From positions 9,720-41,719 of the forward strand of contig JAWOFX010000111.1 in assembly GCA_046497275.1 (NCBI GenBank): 32,000 nucleotides of DNA. The letters run 5' to 3'. The position numbers and the translations under genes are program-made. The stretch is from Promethearchaeia archaeon (GTDB lineage: Archaea; Asgardarchaeota; Lokiarchaeia; Sigyniarchaeales; SOKP01). The notes beneath the pieces were generated by a model. It did no database searches. It saw only the letters and a list, made by a program, of their open reading frames with translations, and had not been told where the DNA came from. Each line of letters begins with the position of its first letter. Position 1 is the first letter of the stretch. Shown piece after piece: positions 1 to 8,930 of the stretch.

Positions 1-90
1 ACATAGTTAATATTAATTTAGTACAGATTAATTATATTGTTTATTAATTCATTTTTATTTTAATAAGTTTAACTAAAATGGAAAGATGTT

Positions 91-813
91 ATGATTGATG
101 TAATCACATTTGATCTATGGAATACAATTATTGATAATAAGAGTTATAAGAATGTAAGAGTGAAGATTCTACAAGATTCTTTAACTCAAAAGGGACTTAA
201 TATTAATTTAAACGATATTGAGAGGACTTATGAAGAGACATTTCACAGATTTAGTTACAATTCAGAATTAAATGAACATAGGCATATTTATAATAGAAAT
301 AGACTTGAAAACTTTTTCAAATCTTATAATTTGGATATATTTTCATTAGAAACCAAGAAATTGATAAATACATTTGAGAGTTATATGTTAAATGATCCAC
401 CAACTTTAAAGGAGGATGCTTATGAAGTTTTACATGAATTATCAAAAACGTATAAAATTGGATTAATATCAGATACGGGAGTAACACCAGGACGCATCAT
501 CAAAAAGATGTTTCAAAATTATGGAGTTTTAAAATTTTTTAGCGCCACTATATTTTCTGATGAAGTAGGGTATTATAAACCAAATCCTATAATTTTTAAT
601 ATAGCCCTAAAAACAATAGGTGGAGCTGCCGAAAACGCTGTTCACATAGGAGATTTATTGGAAACTGATATTAAAGGAGCGAATGATGCTGGTATGCATA
701 CAGTTTGGATAAAAAATAATTACAACGCAAAGAAAAATGAAATAAAACCTGACTATATTATAAACAATCTTTCGGAGCTGTTAAGCTGTATTGATCAGAT
801 TAATAAGATATAA
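91..813 (+). CDS. HAD-superfamily hydrolase (YjjG/PynA-like, subfamily IA)
   Basis: Motif I FDLWNT (DxxxT), motif II ISDTG, motif III KPNP, motif IV HIGDLLETDIKGA..AGM. Confidence 0.9.
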   Translation: MIDVITFDLWNTIIDNKSYKNVRVKILQDSLTQKGLNINLNDIERTYEETFHRFSYNSELNEHRHIYNRNRLENFFKSYNLDIFSLETKKLINTFESYMLNDPPTLKEDAYEVLHELSKTYKIGLISDTGVTPGRIIKKMFQNYGVLKFFSATIFSDEVGYYKPNPIIFNIALKTIGGAAENAVHIGDLLETDIKGANDAGMHTVWIKNNYNAKKNEIKPDYIINNLSELLSCIDQINKI

Positions 814-866
814 GAAAAAGAATATTAAATTAAAATTATTATTGATTTTGTATTTAATTTTTTGTT

Positions 867-1007
867 TTAGATGAATATTGTGAAAACTAATAGCAAAATA
901 AAAGCAATAGCGATACCAAGAATTACCGTAAAATAAACAGCTTTAAAATAATTCCAGATTTTCCATTTATTCTTCTTTATTGAAACCCAAATTTTATCTT
1001 TGTCCAT
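867..1007 (-). CDS. 46-aa single-TM microprotein (MDKDKIWVSIKKNKWKIWNYFKAVYFTVILGIAIAFILLLVFTIFI)
   Basis: Translated by hand; below the ORF-track cutoff. ATG at 1007, TAA at 867-869, GGAGGT SD at 1016-1021 with 8-nt spacer, basic N-terminus followed by one hydrophobic helix. Confidence 0.7.
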   Translation of the reverse strand: MDKDKIWVSIKKNKWKIWNYFKAVYFTVILGIAIAFILLLVFTIFI

Positions 1008-1024
1008 TTTATTTAACCTCCAAG

Positions 1025-1156
1025 TCAGATAAAAAAGTGATATGCATATATTGTGAATGGTAAAATCACTAGAAATCCAACAGCAATCATGATAATCACA
1101 TCAATAATAAATTTCTGCTTTTGTGTAAGTTCTTTTGGTCTCTCTTCTTCACTCAT
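1025..1156 (-). CDS. 43-aa single-TM microprotein (MSEEERPKELTQKQKFIIDVIIMIAVGFLVILPFTIYAYHFFI)
   Basis: Translated by hand. ATG lies 2 nt after the stop of the 494-aa gene, with GGTGGT inside that gene's last codons as SD; TGA at 1025-1027; charged N-terminus plus one TM helix. Confidence 0.7.
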   Translation of the reverse strand: MSEEERPKELTQKQKFIIDVIIMIAVGFLVILPFTIYAYHFFI

Positions 1157-1158
1157 TT

Positions 1159-2643
1159 TTAACCACCTATTATTGCATTTGCATAGTTAATTAGTCCTGG
1201 GGCGCTGAATTTTGCCATCCTTATCTCACTTTTAGAAAAGAATGCAAGTCCAACAATCCAAGGAAGATCCCTTCTAATCGGATTAGTATAATATGAAACA
1301 TAGACTTCATCCCCCACTATTGCTACTCCGGTATACGCTGTATCACCATTACTGGGTAAATCAAAAAGATGTATAAGACGATCTTCCTTTACTTCATATA
1401 TTGTGGTTCTTTTTCTACCCAAATGGTTGCCAACCAACCCCGGTCCTAAATGATTTCTTCCGGCAGCGAAGATTCTTGTTTCATTTTCAGCATCAACCAA
1501 TTTGAACAATCTAGCACCATCTAGTCTTGTTTGAAAATCTGCATGATGACTCCATTTCGTAAGATTATGATAAGATGTAGCAATTATGGTCCCTGCATGG
1601 GGTGTGCCAAACTCATACCCCGTCCAACTACTCATAGCCCCGACTCTAAGAGTAGAAATAATCTCTCCATTAGGTAAAAATTCTATGCATGGTTCTCCGC
1701 TAGGATAAGTGTCATATACCACTGAAACCTCCTTCCAATCAATTCCATTACGACTTTCTAATAATAAAGTCATCCAGGTTTCGTTTTTCTGTCCGAATGC
1801 CGTTACATACCAAGTGTTATTATCATTAGTTATAGGTTCAGTTCTTCCAAAGATCCAACCTACTTCCATTTCCCAATTCTCATCATAGGAGACGTTTACT
1901 TTCACTTCTGTTGGTTCACTCCAAGATATCATATCATTACTAGAAGTGTAATATGTAGTGTTAGGTTCTGGGTCGAATAGAAAGTTAGGAAGGAAATAGA
2001 CGAAAAGTGTTCCATTTATTTCTGTTAGAAGTGGATCTCTTACATCATTGTGACCCGGTCCTTTAATCGAAGCAATTCTTTCCCAGCTTCCAGCAGAAGC
2101 ATCTGGTGAACGTTCAATAACTAGTTCTCCATCTAAATCCTGAAGATGCCATTTCGAATTTTGATATATGCAATAAAAACTGTTATTCCAATAATATAAA
2201 TCTGTATTAGATTTATGGTGCTTTTCTATTTGACTTCCAGGAGGGATAGCCGTCCAAGTTTCTAATTGAATCATAGGATCTACACTATAAGATGGCGGTA
2301 ATCGTATATAATAATAGGAGAGCATTACACCAAGTAGCGCGGTAAGACTTATGAATAATGCCATCAGAAATATACCTGTATTCGTAAGAAGCTTTTTAAT
2401 CTTCCCTATTCTGGTTGAGGTAGATTTTATTGTAAACACTCTGTCATGTAGAAATACAAAAATTAAACCTAATAATCCAAGAAACATCAAAAGACCAAAC
2501 GCAATAGCTCCAAAAAATACAAGATTAAATGGTCCAGAATTCGCAATTTTTAGCGTATTCGCAATCCCGGTTAATATCATCAATATTATCGAGATAAGGA
2601 TCAAAATTAATGGTTTTTTAATTTTTTCTATAAAAGTTCTCAT
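1159..2643 (-). CDS. Membrane-anchored exo-alpha-sialidase-like / BNR (Asp-box) beta-propeller glycosidase-like protein
   Basis: About three N-terminal hydrophobic segments, then Asp-box-like repeats (RSPDASAGSW, TSSNDMISWS, ESRNGIDWK, TSYHNLTKWS) and an RDP motif. Substrate not determinable. Confidence 0.65.
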   Translation of the reverse strand: MRTFIEKIKKPLILILISIILMILTGIANTLKIANSGPFNLVFFGAIAFGLLMFLGLLGLIFVFLHDRVFTIKSTSTRIGKIKKLLTNTGIFLMALFISLTALLGVMLSYYYIRLPPSYSVDPMIQLETWTAIPPGSQIEKHHKSNTDLYYWNNSFYCIYQNSKWHLQDLDGELVIERSPDASAGSWERIASIKGPGHNDVRDPLLTEINGTLFVYFLPNFLFDPEPNTTYYTSSNDMISWSEPTEVKVNVSYDENWEMEVGWIFGRTEPITNDNNTWYVTAFGQKNETWMTLLLESRNGIDWKEVSVVYDTYPSGEPCIEFLPNGEIISTLRVGAMSSWTGYEFGTPHAGTIIATSYHNLTKWSHHADFQTRLDGARLFKLVDAENETRIFAAGRNHLGPGLVGNHLGRKRTTIYEVKEDRLIHLFDLPSNGDTAYTGVAIVGDEVYVSYYTNPIRRDLPWIVGLAFFSKSEIRMAKFSAPGLINYANAIIGG

Positions 2644-2790
2644 GCTAAATCATTTTTATAAATTTTAATTAAATTGTATTTGATTGAACCTTCTATTTAA
2701 AAATTTATACGAATTATATCTGATAACTATAGATTTTAAGAGTATGGTTTCTTTACAAAGTTTATTAAAAATTATTTTATATTATAAGAA

Positions 2791-3594
2791 ATGAATTTCA
2801 TATCTGAAGATATTAGGATGGAAGGAACTAAAATTCATTTTTATGAGAGCGAAAATGACAAAGAACCAATTCTATTACTGCATGGAGGTATGGATAATGG
2901 GCTATGTTGGGCGAATATTGCGGAAAAATTGAGTGATCAATATCATTTAATTATGCCTGATGCTCGAGGCCACGGGTTAACTGAAACACTGGATAATGAT
3001 TGGACTTATGATGCAATGGCTGAGGATATAAAAAATATTATCGATTTCCTTGAACTTGAACGAGTAAACCTTATTGGACATTCGATGGGGGGAAATATTG
3101 GCGCGAAAGTAGCTCAAAAATATCCAAGTTTAGTAAAAAAGTTGATTTTAGAGGAACCTGGATTTGTGGTTGGAGAATTTTCTTGGTTTAAGAAATTATT
3201 CTACAAATTGGTAATGAAACTGTATCTTAAACTTCTTTTGAGAGGAAATCTTGATAAAATCTATCGAAAAGGAAAAAAACAGAATCCTACATGGCCAGAA
3301 GAAGAATTTGAACCGTGGGCAAGATCTAAAATTCAATTTAAGAAGCAAAACCCGAAAAAGTTACTCAATGCATTGAATAATCCCTATGATTGGAAAGAAG
3401 TTGTGAAAGGAATAGAGTGTCCAACACTCCTTTTAACGGGGGAGGATGGGATAGTGGGAGATGAATTTGCTAAAAAAGTATTAGAAGTAAACAATAATTT
3501 TAAATGGGTAAAAATTGAAGGCGCAGGACATAATATAAGAAGAGAAAACCCTGAAGATTTTCTTTCAGCTGTTAAATTCTTTCTCCAAGATTGA
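2791..3594 (+). CDS. Alpha/beta fold hydrolase
   Basis: LLHGG oxyanion region, PDARGHG, nucleophile elbow GHSMGG, C-terminal catalytic His in GAGH. Confidence 0.92.
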   Translation: MNFISEDIRMEGTKIHFYESENDKEPILLLHGGMDNGLCWANIAEKLSDQYHLIMPDARGHGLTETLDNDWTYDAMAEDIKNIIDFLELERVNLIGHSMGGNIGAKVAQKYPSLVKKLILEEPGFVVGEFSWFKKLFYKLVMKLYLKLLLRGNLDKIYRKGKKQNPTWPEEEFEPWARSKIQFKKQNPKKLLNALNNPYDWKEVVKGIECPTLLLTGEDGIVGDEFAKKVLEVNNNFKWVKIEGAGHNIRRENPEDFLSAVKFFLQD

Positions 3595-3780
3595 TTAAGT
3601 TTTTCTCAAATTAGATGTTCTTTTAAATTTATTTTTGGTCCAAATTTAGATTCCGAATCATTATGCGAATCATTATTCAGTATTAACAGAGGGGACAATA
3701 ACTGGACTTCTATTATAATTTATCTTATTTTTCACATACTTATTTAAAAATGGTTAATTTATTTTATGTGAAAGAAAATT

Positions 3781-4734
3781 ATGTTAAAGCAAGATTTTGT
3801 TGAAAAAGATCAAGAAAAAGGCTTCAATATCCGTGATAAATTAAAAGCATATGTCGATTTAACAAGACTACATTTTGCTATCGTTTGGCCTTTACTTTTC
3901 TGTACGGGATTAATGTTAGCATTTAGAGATAATAATTTTTTCTCTTGGAATTTAATTATCATAGTAGCGCTTATTGGTTTATTTGGATTTGAAGCAGGTA
4001 TGGTTTTGAATGATATTATTGATAGAAATTTGGATAAATTGGATGTGGATAAAAAAAATCTTACTAATTATTGGAGACCTTTTAAGCAAAGACCAATTCC
4101 TGCGGGAAAAGTTTCCTATAGGGAAGCGATTGCACTCTTTTCAATTTTTGTGATCATAAGTATTATCCTCATCGCAATCCTACCCTTTCCTAATTCACTA
4201 TTCATTTACGGGTTTATGGTGTATGGTTATGGCATGGAAATATTTTACCAGATTAAAAAAAGAGATCAAAAATATCCAATCGCACAATTATTAGGGCGTA
4301 CTGATTTAACTTTTTTTCTTGTTGCAGGTTATCTATGCTATGGAAATTTAGACCCAACTATCCTATTTTTAGTACTTTTTCTCTATCCTTGGGCGCAACT
4401 ACATCTCGGAGTTAATGATATTATTGACTTGGAAAATGATGAGGCGAAAAATCTTAAAACAGTCACGGTTCTATATGGAATAAAAGGCAATATTATTTGG
4501 ATTTTAGGGTTTTCAATAATTCATCTGATAACTGCTTCACTATTCTTGATTTTTGAGCTTGGTGTAATTGCCCTATATGGGTTTTCACTTTCATTTTTAC
4601 TTATAGGAATTGCAAATACATTCTTACTAGTAAAAAAGACCTCTAAAGCAGCTTTGAAGGTTTTACCTCTAATCCATGCTTCTCTATTAATCTACTGTCT
4701 TTCAATCATCCTTGATTCGATTTTTATTCTATAA
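3781..4734 (+). CDS. UbiA-family prenyltransferase
   Basis: Multi-TM protein with two Asp-rich motifs NDIIDRNLD and NDIIDLEND, plus RPIPAGKVS. Confidence 0.88.
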   Translation: MLKQDFVEKDQEKGFNIRDKLKAYVDLTRLHFAIVWPLLFCTGLMLAFRDNNFFSWNLIIIVALIGLFGFEAGMVLNDIIDRNLDKLDVDKKNLTNYWRPFKQRPIPAGKVSYREAIALFSIFVIISIILIAILPFPNSLFIYGFMVYGYGMEIFYQIKKRDQKYPIAQLLGRTDLTFFLVAGYLCYGNLDPTILFLVLFLYPWAQLHLGVNDIIDLENDEAKNLKTVTVLYGIKGNIIWILGFSIIHLITASLFLIFELGVIALYGFSLSFLLIGIANTFLLVKKTSKAALKVLPLIHASLLIYCLSIILDSIFIL

Positions 4735-4758
4735 AAAATACATAATATCCAAATTTAA

Positions 4759-4768
4759 TTTTTTTTTT
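4759..4768 (+). terminator. Oligo-T tract, putative archaeal intrinsic terminator of the UbiA gene
   Basis: T10 run 25 nt after the stop codon. Confidence 0.4.
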
Positions 4769-4901
4769 CCTTTTCTAATTTTCACTTATTATTATGATAT
4801 AATATCCTAACCTACCTTTTTTATATCAAAATAATAAAAATTAATTAGAGCAATTTATTCTGACTTATAGTAATGATTTTTAAATTAACAAAATATAAAC
4901 A

Positions 4902-4909
4902 GTGAGGAG
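4902..4909 (+). promoter_or_regulatory. Shine-Dalgarno site of thiD
   Basis: GTGAGGAG 6 nt upstream of the GTG start at 4916. Confidence 0.6.
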
Positions 4910-4915
4910 ATTATT

Positions 4916-5707
4916 GTGAAGAAGGTATTAACTATCGCAGGTTCAGATAGTGGTGGAGGGGCTGGGATTCAAGCGGATTTGAAGTCATTTGCTGCTCGAG
5001 GGGTCTATGGGATGAGCGCAATTACAGCTTTGACTGCTCAAAATACTATTGGTGTGCAAGCAATATTTGAAATAAGTGCTGATTTTGTTGCAAAGCAAAT
5101 AGATTCCGTGATGAGTGATATAGGGGCTGATGCGTGGAAAACGGGCATGCTCTCTAATGCTGAAATAATTCATGTAGTAGTAAATAAAACAAAACAGTAT
5201 AATATTCAAAAATTAATTGTGGATCCAGTAATGGTTGCGAAAAGTGGCGATTCTCTTTTGCGAACAGAAGCCCAAGAGGCTTTAATAAAGCAACTCTTAC
5301 CGTTATCCTACATATTAACTCCAAATCATCATGAAGCTGAAGTTTTAACGGGGGAAGAAATTAAAAACCTCAAAGAGGCTGAAGAGGCTGCTATTCAAAT
5401 TCATAAAATGGGGGTTGCGAATGTGGTTGTTAAAGGTGGTCATATACCCGGTATCTCAGAGGCGATTGATGTGCTATATGATGGTAAAAAAATCACACAT
5501 ATAAGCGCTCCAAGATTAGATACTGAAAATACCCACGGAACTGGATGCACATATGCCTCTTCGATCGCAGCCGAGATAGCTAAGGGGAATGATTTTATTG
5601 AGGCGGTAAGAATTGCTAAGGAATATATAACCGAAGCTATCAGAAGTGCAATTCACTTAGGGATAGGTAATGGACACGGACCTTTAAACCATTTTTTTAC
5701 AAAATAA
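4916..5707 (+). CDS. thiD: Hydroxymethylpyrimidine/phosphomethylpyrimidine kinase (no ThiN fusion)
   Basis: LTIAGSDSGGGAGIQADLK, KTGML, VDPVMVAKSG, TPN..EA, THGTGCT, GHGP: full ThiD motif set. Confidence 0.96.
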   Translation: MKKVLTIAGSDSGGGAGIQADLKSFAARGVYGMSAITALTAQNTIGVQAIFEISADFVAKQIDSVMSDIGADAWKTGMLSNAEIIHVVVNKTKQYNIQKLIVDPVMVAKSGDSLLRTEAQEALIKQLLPLSYILTPNHHEAEVLTGEEIKNLKEAEEAAIQIHKMGVANVVVKGGHIPGISEAIDVLYDGKKITHISAPRLDTENTHGTGCTYASSIAAEIAKGNDFIEAVRIAKEYITEAIRSAIHLGIGNGHGPLNHFFTK

Positions 5708-5737
5708 TAAATTTAGTTAAATACTGAAAAAAATAGA

Positions 5738-6280
5738 TTATATTTCCAATATCTGCCTTCGAGTTTTGATTACTGACAATTCCTTTCTCTTAGAAAGGCT
5801 CATATATGTATCATCACCCATAACCTCAATCCTAACAATATAATCTGGATCCTCTAATTCTACAATCCCTATATCAATTTCCCTTGCTGCAGCTTCTACA
5901 ATCTCATCATGAGGAATATCGGTAGCTCTTCTTCTTAATAAAACTCTCCATTTATCGTTTTCGTTTAATTCTGATTCAAATTTGGAAGCTAATCTACTTA
6001 TTTCTGATATGTCTGTTTTTAATTTATATTGAATAGGAACAATCTTTAGAACATATTCAAAAATATCTGGATCCTCTTCCATTTTTTCTTTAATTCTTTT
6101 AAGTATTTTAGTAGGATCTTTATTAAAATGAGCTATTGAAAGACCACTTAAATGATAAACAGGGTTGACTTCTACCTCTTCATAATCTAAGATCATTTCT
6201 AAAACATATTGAATTTCTCTAGCTGCTTGTCCTTCTTGATATCTTCGACTTGAGACCACAAATCCGGAAAATTTTTCCAT
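5738..6280 (-). CDS. Stand-alone THUMP-domain RNA-binding protein (Tan1/COG1818-like)
   Basis: Pattern LKIVPI...WRVLLRRR...V.LEDPDYIVRIEV matches archaeal THUMP proteins; no catalytic domain attached. Confidence 0.8.
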   Translation of the reverse strand: MEKFSGFVVSSRRYQEGQAAREIQYVLEMILDYEEVEVNPVYHLSGLSIAHFNKDPTKILKRIKEKMEEDPDIFEYVLKIVPIQYKLKTDISEISRLASKFESELNENDKWRVLLRRRATDIPHDEIVEAAAREIDIGIVELEDPDYIVRIEVMGDDTYMSLSKRKELSVIKTRRQILEI

Positions 6281-6526
6281 ATTAATAATAACAATTTCAA
6301 ATTTGTTTCAATATAAAAATTTAAAATTAATGGAATTCCTTTTCATTAACCACAAAATTCTGCTTAAATTTATAATTTCTATTTATAGTTTATTTGAATT
6401 TTAAAATCTTGCGCATATCAACAGATAAATAATAAAAATCACTTCGATCTCACTCTCTATTGTTTAAATAATAATTACTCATAACTTTTTATATTAAAAA
6501 TTCACATAGAAAAAGAGTCATAGATA

Positions 6527-6811
6527 ATGGCATTTCAATCAAAAACTAAATATTCCTGCCAACGAAAGAAGATTTTAACGGTGTTGAATTCCTATAATCC
6601 AGAAGAAAAATGTTCGATATGTGGCACTCCTCTATATTCAGCACGATTGGAATCATGGCTAGATGATATACTAGTAGATTTTAAGATCAATAATGGATTT
6701 TGCGAAAAATGTGCTCTATTTGAATATGAGTCAATTGATAAGGCAGAGATTATTTTCCAAGATGAGAGACTTAAAAAAATTTATTCAAAAGAAATAGATT
6801 GCTTTACCTGA
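6527..6811 (+). CDS. Hypothetical 94-aa protein with putative zinc site
   Basis: CSIC and CEKC pairs; AT-rich upstream region and T-tract downstream. Confidence 0.6.
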   Translation: MAFQSKTKYSCQRKKILTVLNSYNPEEKCSICGTPLYSARLESWLDDILVDFKINNGFCEKCALFEYESIDKAEIIFQDERLKKIYSKEIDCFT

Positions 6812-6817
6812 GCAATA

Positions 6818-6835
6818 TTTTTTTTCTCTTTTTTT
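6818..6835 (+). terminator. T-rich tract, putative terminator
   Basis: TTTTTTTTCTCTTTTTTT just after the TGA at 6809-6811. Confidence 0.4.
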
Positions 6836-7006
6836 AGTAAGAAAGATCTTATTGATAAAGTAGCTTTTCGATATAATTTTAAATAGTTAATATTGACAAG
6901 TTCGTAACTCATTTCACTTAATTGAAAAATTCTTTATAGTTTTACATTTTATAATAAATAATACGAATAAAAAATTAAGAATAAAGTACCTAATACGAGG
7001 ATTAAA

Positions 7007-8419
7007 ATGTCAACGAATATGGAATACGAAGAGCAAGTAAGAAAGATAGATAATATTGTCTCTTCACCCGTACCTAAATTTAAACCGGAAGAATTACGAG
7101 GCATTGTTGAAAGATATGAAAAAAACCATAAAAAATCTAAAGAAGCTTATGAGCGTGCCAGAAGAATTATTCCGGGAGGTGTGGAGCATAATCTTGCTTT
7201 CAACTTTCCATTTCCATTAGAAAGTAAGAAATTGTGGGATTGCTATATGCAAACCATAGATGATGTTGTTTTGACTGATTATTTGTGTTGTGGAGGTCCT
7301 ATTATACTAGGTAATAATTATAAACCTTTAACTGATAAAGTTGTTGAGATGATTCAAGAAAATGGATCTTGTCATGGAATTACTCATGAGATGGAATATA
7401 AATCAGCAGAAAAATTACAAGAACATTTTCCATCATGTGAAAAAATCAGATGGCTACAAAGTGGAACAGAAGCAGATATGTTGGCAATAAGGATTGCGCG
7501 AGTATATACGGGAAATAAACATGTAATTAAATTGGGAGCTCATTATCATGGGTGGTCAGATCAACTTGTATATGATCTTCATATTCCTGGAACTAAAAGG
7601 ATGGAATCTCATGGGATTCCAAAAAATATCTATAAATATATCGATTCTTGCCCTCCAAACGATATTGAACGATTAAGAGAAATGTTTAAAGAGAAGAGAC
7701 GTGTTGCAGCAGTCCTCATTGAGCCTATGGGGGCGGAATCGGGAGCAATTCCCGTAAAACCAGGATTTAATAAAGAAGTTGCGGAATTATGTCATGAAAA
7801 TGATGCACTATTAGTTTCTGATGAAGTGGTATGTGCATTTAGACTTCATATGGGTGGTGGTCAAGCTTATTTTGGATATGAGCCAGATTTATCAGTTTTC
7901 GGAAAAATTGTAGGACACGGATATCCTTCTGCTGCAGCAATCGGCGGAAGGGCGGATATTATGAACACTGTAGCGGCTGGTGTGGGCGGGGGGTCAAAAA
8001 GAGCTTATTGCGGAGGTACTCTTGCTGCGAATCCTCTAACATGCACGGCTGCATATTGGGCAATAAAATTCGTAGAAGAAGAAAATGCAACTGAGCGAGC
8101 AGGTGCGGCTGCTACTCGTCTTTCAAATGGAATGAATGAAATTTTTGAGAAACATAATTTACCCTGGTTTTCTTATAATTATAATGCCACAGTCCATTTC
8201 CATACGAGCTGTGTTTTTGGCATAGATATTACGGATCCAACACAAGCCCCACAAATCAAAGAACGAAAAGAATTTATGGAAAAAATAGGTGCGGCTTTAG
8301 TTGATCAGGAATTAATTTCTGTGGCGGGATCAAGGTTTTATACAAATATAAAACACACTCCTAAGATCATTGATGAAACTATCGAAAAGATTGATAAGAT
8401 TTGCGAAAAGATCGAATAA
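7007..8419 (+). CDS. Class III PLP-dependent aminotransferase (glutamate-1-semialdehyde aminomutase-like, not assigned as hemL)
   Basis: IIPGGV, SGTEA, YHGWSD, LIEP, DEV...FR, PLP-lysine motif VFGKIVG, GGTLAANP. Confidence 0.9.
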   Translation: MSTNMEYEEQVRKIDNIVSSPVPKFKPEELRGIVERYEKNHKKSKEAYERARRIIPGGVEHNLAFNFPFPLESKKLWDCYMQTIDDVVLTDYLCCGGPIILGNNYKPLTDKVVEMIQENGSCHGITHEMEYKSAEKLQEHFPSCEKIRWLQSGTEADMLAIRIARVYTGNKHVIKLGAHYHGWSDQLVYDLHIPGTKRMESHGIPKNIYKYIDSCPPNDIERLREMFKEKRRVAAVLIEPMGAESGAIPVKPGFNKEVAELCHENDALLVSDEVVCAFRLHMGGGQAYFGYEPDLSVFGKIVGHGYPSAAAIGGRADIMNTVAAGVGGGSKRAYCGGTLAANPLTCTAAYWAIKFVEEENATERAGAAATRLSNGMNEIFEKHNLPWFSYNYNATVHFHTSCVFGIDITDPTQAPQIKERKEFMEKIGAALVDQELISVAGSRFYTNIKHTPKIIDETIEKIDKICEKIE

Positions 8420-8930
8420 TTTTAATTTTTATTTCTTTACTTTTATTTCTTTATCTTCGTTTTTTAAGTTTTAATAGATATTTATAAAGAATTCTATAAT
8501 TATGTATTTTGATTCAGAACAATTTTTTTATAAAATTAGAGAAACATAAGGAACAATTATGAACTATAATAGAGATCTATAAAACATAAAGGATGATTCT
8601 TCAAAATGGGAGATAATTTAGAAGAATTACCTCTATGATCTTACGATTTTAGAAATTACTGTACTTAGTTCGCTTTAGCAGTAGCAAGTTTAAAGTATTA
8701 AGCAATATAATTGATATTCCATTGATTACTCTCTGAAAAAATATACCAGAAATAAAATAACAATAATACTCTGTGCTTTTTTAAACTCAAATTTAATTTA
8801 TTTAAGATTGTTTTAACTTTGGGGAAATAGAAAAGAATCTTTTAAAATTCACAGAAATATTCAGTAATATTTGGATTGGATTTATCTCCTTAGATATTAA
8901 ATCATCTATTAAAATAATATTTTCATAATT

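Noticed and set aside
2351-2668. 105-aa plus-strand ORF
   Set aside because: Antisense shadow of the sialidase-like gene; no motifs or SD.
3649-3676. Direct repeat GAATCATTAT x2 with a small overlapping inverted repeat upstream of UbiA
   Set aside because: Only two 10-nt AT-rich copies; could be an operator but cannot be distinguished from chance.
4735-4915. Possible TPP riboswitch upstream of thiD
   Set aside because: Region is almost purely A/T with no CUGAGA-type core or pairing potential.
6527-6811. C-terminal cysteine as a CaaX prenylation signal, given UbiA and ICMT-like genes in the window
   Set aside because: The protein ends DCFT, so Cys is third from the end, not fourth; no other ORF, including the pseudo-GTPase, ends in CaaX.
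8420-8930. 511-nt gap with a hydrophobic-looking interrupted minus frame, loose AAACATAA(A)GGA repeats and a 68-aa track ORF (8802-9008)
   Set aside because: AT-rich DNA translates to I/L/F/K/N-rich strings by chance; several stops and no recognisable motif.
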